A stretch of DNA of 63,393 nt, filler included, from Octopus bimaculoides (lineage: Eukaryota): assembly GCF_001194135.2 (NCBI RefSeq). It is 3 parts of 3 records of this genome, joined end to end, with 100 filler letters (N's around TTAATTAATTAA, not from the genome) between each part and the next. Parts side by side here need not be neighbours in the genome. Positions count along the whole stretch, not along the records: positions 1 to 21,193 come from NC_068986.1; 2 more parts are not named here. One strand, written 5' to 3'. Below are positions 1-9,600 of the stretch, one piece after another. Below the pieces are notes generated by a model, which worked only from the letters and a program-made list of their open reading frames with translations, did no database searches and was not told where the DNA came from. The translations under genes and the position numbers were made by a program. How positions within the stretch are numbered: the first letter of the stretch is position 1; the number at the start of each line of letters is the position of its first letter.

Positions 1-16
1 TATATATATACATATA

Positions 17-137
17 TACGACAGGCTTCTTTCAGTTTCCGTCTACCAAATCCACTCACAAGGCTTTGGTCGGCCTAAGGCTATAGTAGAAGACACTTGC
101 CCAAAGTGCCACGCAGTGGGACTGAACCCAGAACATG
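17..137 (-). mobile_element. 5' half of a tRNA-derived SINE (5'-truncated; the 3' half lies left of the window)
   Basis: Minus strand reads ...GGGTTCAGTCCCACTGCGTGGCACTTTGGGCAAGTGTCTTCTAC..., a B-box-like motif followed by a CORE-like GGCAAGTGTCTT, ending in (TA)n. A decayed copy of the same family is at 51430-51600. Confidence 0.75.
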
Positions 138-622
138 AAAAAATGTGGACTATATTTTTGAATTTCACACTGTTTCAAATTTTGGCAGAAAGTTGAAAAT
201 GTTTTCCAATAATTGAAATAATTTACCTCAATATACCTTGTGGAACTAAATGTAACTTTGACATCCATGCCAGGATGGAAGATAGATGGTAAAAGATGAT
301 GATGATAAGCATAAAGTAATAGCAACTACTGCAGCACACTGTGCACATCTATCTTCCTACTCTTGCTATGGTTACTGCCAGACTCTACAGAAAAATAGTT
401 TGGGAAGTAAAGAGAGTATATACGCATAGAAATGAAGGCTGCACATTCAGAATGTGTAGTAAGAGTCATAATTAGTGGCAGGCATGGCACAACGGATGTA
501 AGGAATTATGCCTTAACAACCTGCATGCAATAAATCTATTTGATTAGAGTTGGAACAACAAACAATAAATAATATTTCAAAAATAATAAAGACATCCATA
601 AAAGGTAGGGAAAAAAATTTAG

Positions 623-628
623 TTTAAT
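623..628 (-). promoter_or_regulatory. Possible polyadenylation signal ATTAAA for the ERICH2-like gene
   Basis: ATTAAA on the minus strand about 85 nt after the stop codon. Common by chance in AT-rich DNA. Confidence 0.25.
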
Positions 629-712
629 ATTTTAACAGAAATTCACTCTTCATTTGTCTGTTTGATGTTCAGTTTAGTGAAATAATTAGCAAATATTCTT
701 CAATAAATTTCT

Positions 713-903
713 TCAAGTCTTGGTTGAATTCTTGCTTCCTGTTTGTACTTTGTTGTTATTACTGTTCTCACAGTTATCATCATCATCATCATCATCTTCA
801 TCTTCCTCTTCATCATCATCATCATCATCTTCCTCATCACTGTTGCTGCTACTGCTACAACTGCTGCCTTCACTGCTAGTGTTACTGCTGTTCTCACTTT
901 CTC
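713..903 (-). CDS. ERICH2: ERICH2-like terminal coding exon (Ser/Asp/Glu-rich tail, TGA at 715-713)
   Basis: Acceptor gttaattttcag|GA GAA AGT, phase 1, then 62 codons and a stop. The (GAT/GAA)n tract encodes the acidic tail. Confidence 0.85.
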
Positions 904-3475
904 CTGAAAATTAACAAATTCTTGTTTGTCAAAGAAATACGTAAACAGTTTATACAATTGATTTTGTATCAAATATTATTTTGTATAATTATGACATGTT
1001 TTTGGAATTCAGTTATGTGTTTATTTACTTGTTAGGTCTGTGGAGAATAAACAAGATCCTGGCCAGACATGTGTGCAATACAGGTTTGATTCCAAATCAA
1101 ACAATGTTCCTGTTTGTAACCAAAGCCAGACTAAACATTTATCGTTAATGAAACTTGATATTATACATACCTTTTTGAGTCATTTCTTTTAGTAATGGCT
1201 CGAACTGAAGAGCATCATTGTGACTTGGGTTATAAATAAGAACTGATAAGAAAATAAAAAGTTGAAATGAGGAAATCTTTTTGAATATTATTTTCTAAGA
1301 TTATTTTGTGTTTAAAATGATCCTCTTTTTTTTCTATCAATTCAATAATTTTCAATTTGATTATCATCTTCCCTTTTTACATCCTTTTCATATTGAGTAC
1401 AATTAACCCTGCATTCAAACAATATATTGTTGAGTTTCTATATTACAAGTACATGCTATAAGAAGAAACAGTCTTTAAGAGAACCTGGCATGATGCTTGC
1501 CAATAGCACTGGCTTGAAGCTGTGCAATGGCCATGGAATGAGATTGTTTGGGAAATTTCACATATCTAGAAATAGTTATATGTAGGAAGATAACAAGATA
1601 ATATTCAGACATTCCTAAACTACTTGCCATATATTCTTTGTAATAAAGGTTTATATCTGCTAATGACAACAAAATATTCTACATAAGCATCAAAATACAG
1701 TGTTTTAATCAAAAATAAAGGAATAACTCAAAGTTACCAAATGCAGAAGGTTGATTTAGTTCTATGGCTGTATATCAATGATTAAAATAAATCACTTGTC
1801 CAAACAAAAATTTAGAAACTGTTTTAGAAATCTGCTGAGATAAATCATGGAATTGTTCATAGGAATACAACAAAAAAACCCCATCAAAACACAGTTTTGT
1901 TTTTTAAGATTTCTACTTTTGAAGAAATAAGAGAAAACAATAATTTTGTACTTACTCATTTGTACTTACTCATTTGTACTTACTCATTTGACATAACTTA
2001 AGTGCATTCTGATAATCATGATTCATAAGACATCCAACAAACTAGAAAAACGATATATACAAAAAAAATTCTCAAAAATGGTCAGAATTTGCTAAATTCA
2101 ATGTAAATTTTTGTATTAATTTTTTTTTTTGCCTAAACCACAATCTTACATTTGTATAATATAAAAAGCATTGGAATTTATTCAGGAAATAATCCCAGAT
2201 GTCAATATAAAGCTGGAGGTCATTTAACTGCATGAATTAACACAATTAACTGTGTTAAGTAATCTAAACTGCAGCAGCAATGTATGCCTGCAAGAAAACT
2301 TCTGATTTCATTATTATTCTTTTAGTTAGAGTCATAAAGTCTTTGTAAAAACAACTCAAAATTGCATGATTTTTGAATGAAGATTAAGAAATTCCTGTTT
2401 TGCAATAATTATTAGAAAGACTCAAAAGTGAAAATCCTTTGAGTCTTGCAATGCTGGTAGTGTAAAATTCACAGAAATCTGACAAATAAGATAACTGAAC
2501 AAACAAGCAATTGAAGCTGAACTTTAGAATAACCTCCAGTAGAATTACTGACCTTTCAAGACTTTATGTGGAACCATATCTAAAAACAATTTCATCTTTG
2601 GTGCACTTTTTCTGAACAAGACCATCATTATACATTCAGCAAATTTTAGCCATTACTGAGAAGAGAGTAAACAGAAACAGCAGACAGCAGTCAGCAGACA
2701 GTAACAGTGAGCCAGTAGCAGACCAGAGCACTGTCACAACACAGAATCAATGGATGGCAGCAGCAGCAGTAAGACAATGGTCAGCTAACACCAAGTGTCA
2801 CTATTATCATACATAGTCCAAGAATAATACGATTGATGGTAGTTTTTTCATGTCCAGAGACCATGAGAAGAAACAGCACACCCTCAAATGTCTATGTAAA
2901 CTGATTTCTTTCTGCCTGTGCTTGGTACCTTTTGAAGTGAGAGTCAGTATGCACAATCCAGTTGCACTCTTTCGACTTGGAGGTCTGACCACAGTAGCTC
3001 AGTTGGCTAAGATGGCTGTGATGACCTGCAAGCCATAGGTTTTACATTAAAGCGGCCTTTCCTAGGCAAATTGCCTAACAGGGCAGGAGAACTCCCACCT
3101 AACCTGAAGCTGCTGGGTGTTAAAGAGGACCTGGGGCCACCTAGGGGACCCACTCCTTGATTAGCTGCCAAGGTTCATTCCCTTAGCTTTTTCCTTTCCC
3201 ATGGTACTTACAAGGCAGTGACGGTTTGTGCTTGAAGTTTCTTCCATAACATGCTAATTAACCCATGGCTGGGACCCTGACAGAAGCTACTATTCAATGG
3301 AAGGGTAGACCTGGGAACACTAGTGGCTAAGAGGTGGTTTCACATTCCTGAACCAGCCCCCCCCCCCCACTACTGGGTGCACCTTAAAGTTTTACAGATA
3401 TCAAGAGAAGAGAATAGAGTATTCATAGCAACTTTACACATGCTTCAGTTACGCAACGCTTTTGTAGTAATCACT

Positions 3476-3508
<33 letters not shown>

Positions 3509-3575
3509 TAGAGTGAGTGAGTGTGCGACTGTGTGTGTGAGTGTGTGTGTGTGAGTGTGCGTGCACATGCATGCA

Positions 3576-3613
<38 letters not shown>

Positions 3614-6600
3614 TAGAGAGTGAGTGTAAATACGTGTTGGATAGATATGTGGGAAAATGTGTGATGACAGTCTGCTACCCTGAAGTTTGTTTTATCTCAT
3701 CTAAGCATGCAGCTTCATCAAGAGGCAAGCTGAAGGAGTGAGGTGGAGTGATAACGTGGGTGAGAAGACAACCGCCGTGATGCAAGAAGTCTTGGAGAGG
3801 GTGACCGTGGAGGACCCAGTAAGAGGGAACTGGTATGTGCCCAAATTGAAGAAGGGGATCATGTGGTGTGATGCCAGTAGCATAGCGATGAGAGTTGTCC
3901 TGGAAATTGGAGGTGTTGTGGTGGAGAATGCGGCCTGGCTTAGGAAGAAGGACGACTGCAACCACATCAACGTGGCAGAGCTGAGTGTCGTGCTGAAAGG
4001 GCTGAACCTGGCCCTGAGATGGGGGCTGTGTACCATCGAGATCGGGACCGATTTGGCCACTGTATTTAGGTGGGTGGGATCAGTGATCACAGGTGAGCGG
4101 AGGGTGTGAACCAAAGGGGGTGCAGAGATGCTGATAAAATGCCATCTGAGAATTCTGGCTGAGCTAGCTGCTGAGTTTGACCTGAGGTTGAGTGTGGTTT
4201 TTGTACCCTTTGAGAGGAATAGAGAGGACATTCTGACCAGAGTAAAGAAAGCCTGGATGTAGGTACCAGAGGATCTGCAGCAAGGAGTGGTTGTGGTGTG
4301 TCAACTGAGAGACTCGGAGCTGAGGAGACTGCATTCAGTCGGCAGTGAAAAGCACATCAGAGTGGACATGTGAGAAGACAGAGCATCAGATAGCGCACAT
4401 GGACGTCGAGTGAATCTTGGAGATCATGACAGCACGGGGATGTTGAAAGTGACCCTTTCTTCGCACCGACAGGTAAGACTACCGTAGTAATTCTCTCTTC
4501 GCTTCTGTCTTTTTCCTTCTTTTACATTACAGTTTTCTTGATTATTTCAGAGTTTTATACTAAAACTAGCAGAAGTGCCCAGTGTTGCTCTGGGCTTAAT
4601 TGCTTTAAAGTACTCTTAATGATTCTACTCAATTGTGATTATTGAGGCAAAGATTGATATAAGTTTACGCCCAACCAATCGCTTTGCAACTGGATAGAAA
4701 GCCCTGCAAAGAGCATTGCAACTCTCTAAGAAGGGGTAACAATAGAATGTGAGGTGGCCCTGAAAAGGCTGTGTTATCATTCTCACAATTGTAACAATTT
4801 GCTAGGTAGTCCTGGAAGGGTGTATAAAACGTTTGCAAGTGAATACGGCATGTTCCTTTTCCACCAACGGCAGTGGATGTGCTGTTACAAAACTTCATGC
4901 TCTGTGAAAACAGAATAGATGCCCTATGGAGGAAAGAGGGGGATTAATCATGGGTACCCAGCTCACTTTTTAGCATTGCAGAATTGGCAATTGAAATGTA
5001 TTTTGCCTATATTTATGTCAGCGCAGATGGAGTAATTAAAGTTGGGCTCATACTTGAAAGCCTGTAGGTGCCAGTAAGGGTTGTTGGGACTCGTCACACC
5101 GCATGCAGCTTCTCGCCGTCGACTGTTCCACTGCAATGTAGAACGTTGCCCGTGTTGGTCGTGAGAAGGTCTCGCAGCAGTGGCAGAAGCCACATTTCCA
5201 GTGGTAACGGACCACCCATCTGCATCTTCAGAAGCCATGGAAACAGACATAGCGACAACGTTCCTAGCAAGGCAAGTCGTCTGTTGTTCCAAACATTCAG
5301 AAGACCTGGAAGCAGCAGTAGCCGCAGCGTTTGTAGCCAGTCAAGTGGCCCTTTGTTCCTGGTCCTCTGAAACCCTGGAAGCAGCATTAGCAGCAGTGTT
5401 TCTAGCCAGGTGAGTTGCCCTTTATTCCAGGCCCTCTGTAGCCCTGGAAGCAGCATTATATGAAGCCATTTTGGCAAGGAGTACGGTGTGCTGTTGGAAA
5501 CTTTCAGCAGTTCGGCATTCCGCTGAACATAAGGCACTCTGTGAAAGTCTAAAAGGAGTTTGGTCGGAAGACTCGTTTGGTCGGAAGACTCGTTTGCTCT
5601 AATTGCTTTTAGCGCCAGTGCTGACGCGGTAAGGCAACTGAGGTGACTTCTCTTTTTCAGTGGCATTTCATGTCCCAAAGAAAGGGTGAAAGTTACTTGT
5701 ACAGAGAAATTGTCTTGGAAAGTATGTGTAAAATTGAAGGGGGAAAGGGTGATAAGAAAGGGCAAATAAATAAATAAATAAACTGATAGGTATTTGTATG
5801 TATGTGTGCATTTGTTTGTATGTATGTATGTATTAGTGTGTATTCTCTCTCTATATATATATATATGGTAGTAAGTAAATGTGTTTTAAAAAAGATTTTC
5901 AAAAAACTCAGTTTGTAGGGAATAAATGTTTGTTGATCGTATTTGAAAAAGATATGTTGCTATTTTTTTTTTTTTTGTTATCTTGGTGAAGAGCGGTGTT
6001 AGAAATGGAAAGTGAACTTACAATTCCCGCCAATTAGAATGAGGTCATTGGTAACCATAGGTACATATATATGTGTAGATATATGTGCGTATTTACGTAT
6101 GATTGGTAGTGTGTCTGTTTATTTGACTCACTCTTTCTCCTTCCTTTCTTTCTGTCTTTTTTCTTGGATCGTTTGAAAACATTCATAAGAGAAAGAAGCA
6201 GTTGAAACGATTTGTAATGGAAGTAGAAATAGGAAATAAGATTGTATTAGAAGGGAAAATGGTTATGTATGTAGCTTTATCGATTTTTTTCGTAATTAGG
6301 AGTTATTTTGACTGAAGAAATGATGCTATGACCTAAGTTATGGTATTTAGAATATTAATTCCAATTTTTTCATCCACTAAATTTGGAATTGTGTAAATGT
6401 ATAAATTTTAAACATGCATACACACAGAGAAAATCTGCCTTTTATAGATAAGATACATTGTAGATACAGTTAATAAACAATAAAATGCCTAAAATAAGGG
6501 AGTTGAGTGAGTGTGAGAGAGGTCAAATCGTAGCTCATCGTGAAGATAGAATGTCTCAAAGGCAAACTGCTCAGAAGATGAAATGTTCTCGATGTGTGGT

Positions 6601-9600
6601 GTAAACAACTCTCAAGCGCTTCAGAGAGACAAAAGATGTGAAGACAATGCAAAGAACATGTAGAAAAAAGGTTACGTCCCCTCGTTATGACAGATCCATC
6701 ACCTATCAGTCGTTCCGAAACAGGAGAAAAACATCATCAGAGCTCTGTGTGGACTTCAACGAGGCAAGTACTTCGCAAATATCAACCAGAACTGTTAGAA
6801 GAAGGCTTGTAGAGTACGGTCTGAAAGGCTGTAAAGCCAGGAAGAAGCCATAGGTTTCTAAAGCGAATATGGGAAAACGTCTTCAGTGGGGCAAAAACCA
6901 CTCAAATTAGACCAGTGAACAATGGTCGAAAGTCATATGGTCTGATGAAAGTAACTATGAGGTAAAATAGTACATGTATTCATTCATTTATTCAAGTTTA
7001 TCACACAGTCACTTATTTCTCTAATTTTGTCATAGATTGGCTGACTGAAAACTCTAAGATTTTTTAATTCTATTTTACTATTATCGACATTTGCAGTTCC
7101 ATTAAAATTATGCTACCCAAATCCCAAAAGAATATTTTTCTCCCTCATGTTCTGACCACCTTAACTCTGGCACCCCCTCTCTCCCTCACTCTGTCTCTCT
7201 CTCTTGGCCTCACTCTGTCTTTCTCGCCCTCACTCTGTCTGTCTATNNNNNNNNNNNNNNNNNNNNNNNNNNNNNNNNNNNNNNNNNNNNNNNNNNNNNN
7301 NNNNNNNNNNNNNNNNNNNNNNNNNNNNNNNNNNNNNNNNNNNNNNNNNNNNNNNNNNNNNNNNNNNNNNNNNNNNNNNNNNNNNNNNNNNNNNNNNNNN
7401 NNNNNNNNNNNNNNNNNNNNNNNNNNNNNNNNNNNNNNNNNNNNNNNNNNNNNNNNNNNNNNNNNNNNNNNNNNNNNNNNNNNNNNNNNNNNNNNNNNNN
7501 NNNNNNNNNNNNNNNNNNNNNNNNNNNNNNNNNNNNNNNNNNNNNNNNNNNNNNNNNNNNNNNNNNNNNNNNNNNNNNNNNNNNNNNNNNNNNNNNNNNN
7601 NNNNNNNNNNNNNNNNNNNNNNNNNNNNNNNNNNNNNNNNNNNNNNNNNNNNNNNNNNNNNNNNNNNNNNNNNNNNNNNNNNNNNNNNNNNNNNNNNNNN
7701 NNNNNNNNNNNNNNNNNNNNNNNNNNNNNNNNNNNNNNNNNNNNNNNNNNNNNNNNNNNNNNNNNNNNNNNNNNNNNNNNNNNNNNNNNNNNNNNNNNNN
7801 NNNNNNNNNNNNNNNNNNNNNNNNNNNNNNNNNNNNNNNNNNNNNNNNNNNNNNNNNNNNNNNNNNNNNNNNNNNNNNNNNNNNNNNNNNNNNNNNNNNN
7901 NNNNNNNNNNNNNNNNNNNNNNNNNNNNNNNNNNNNNNNNNNNNNNNNNNNNNNNNNNNNNNNNNNNNNNNNNNNNNNNNNNNNNNNNNNNNNNNNNNNN
8001 NNNNNNNNNGGCACACTGAAAGGTAGGTCTGGTGAGATTGTTGAGATGCTTGAACAGAGATGTGTTGATTTGTGCTGCCTCCAAGAAGTAAGGTGGAGAG
8101 GAAGTTCTGCTAGGTTCCTCACAGGCAAAGAACACAGGTACAAGATTTTCTGGGCAGGAAACACTGACGGGGTCGGGGGCGTGGGAATACTTCTTGTGGA
8201 GAAATGGGTTCATAAGGTAATCGAGGTAGTCAGAGTATGTGACAGAGTACTTAAGATTAGATTGGTGCTTCACCATAGGGTAGCTACCGTTATCTCGGCC
8301 TATGCCCCTCAGCCAGGGGTACCTGATGGACAGAAAGACCAATTTTATGACACCCTCTTGCTGTCTACCTCGTTGACGAATGACAGGGACCTTCTCCTTG
8401 TGGCTGGTGACTTCAATGGACATGTTGGACAACATACAGGGGTGTTCCATGGTGTACATGGAGGCTACGGTTTTGGTTCCTGCAATGAGGAGGGAACCAG
8501 GCTGCTGGAGTTCTGCGATGCAAATGATCTTATGGCTTGCAATACTAACTTCAGGAAACCTGCCAGTCACCTAGTCACCTACCGTTCTAGCAGACACACT
8601 AGCCAAATTGATTACATCTTCACCAGAAAAAGGGCAAGATGGCTGCTTATAAATGCCAAAACCTTCCCAGGCGAAGAATGTACCCCACAACATAGACTGG
8701 TAGTTAGCGACTTCAGGATCAGGGCTAAATGGATGCCCAGAAGACGACCAGCATGGAGGAGAAGGGTCTGGAAGCTTAAAGATCCAGTGAATGGACAGAG
8801 ATATAGAGACATATTACTCGAAGCCTTTCATGAAATAGAAGGGGATGTAGCTTCACACGATGTGGAAGACAACTGGAAGTTTCTATGGGACAACCTGCTG
8901 AGGGCCACTGATCAGATCTGTGGATGGTTCAAAGTCCCCTCTCGACCCAAAATAACGTGGTGGTGGAACAATGTTGTTGATAGGCTATTAGAGAAAAGAA
9001 ACAGGCTTGGAAGACTGGAAGAACTGTGGTAGCAGGGAATTGTATCAGACAGCCAGAAGGGAAGCTAGGAGACAGGTTTATTTAGCCAGAGGGGAAACAG
9101 ATAACAAAAAATTTACCAATGTTCTGTGCCATGATGACCAAAAACTTGAGGTATTTCATGTTGCAAGACAGTGTGTGAGAGAGATTTGTGATGTCATAGG
9201 AGAGAAATGTGTCCACATAGATGATGGGTCACTTGTACTAAACGAGGTTGCAAAGAGAGACGTTTGGAGGTGCCATAGGAAAGGTTGCTCAATAAAGAGA
9301 ATGAATGTGAGAAAGAGAGTCTGCCGAATGTTGACCCAACAGAGGGACCAGCTATCTGAATTGACAGTACATTGGTAGATAAAGCAATTAAGAGTATGAA
9401 GACAGGGAAAGCCCCCGGCCCATCAGGAATAACTGCAGAGATGCTCAAAATATCCGGCGGTGTTGGCTATAGCCTAGTCACCTGTATAGTTAACCAGGTG
9501 ATACACGAAGGAGTCATACCCAATGACTGGTGCAGCAGCACCATAGTCAACTGCTACAAAGGTAAAGGTGATACTTTAGATACAAATGATTACAGAGGTA

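Noticed and set aside
720-914. Plus-strand poly-Ser ORF and the minus-strand 700-972 poly-Met ORF
   Set aside because: Shadow frames of the real ERICH2-like terminal exon, which uses another minus-strand frame.
2553-2579. 27-nt minus-strand segment with good splice sites (MVPHKVLK frame)
   Set aside because: The open frame is phase 1-1 but the host intron is phase 0, where it contains TGA. At most a poison exon, with no supporting evidence.
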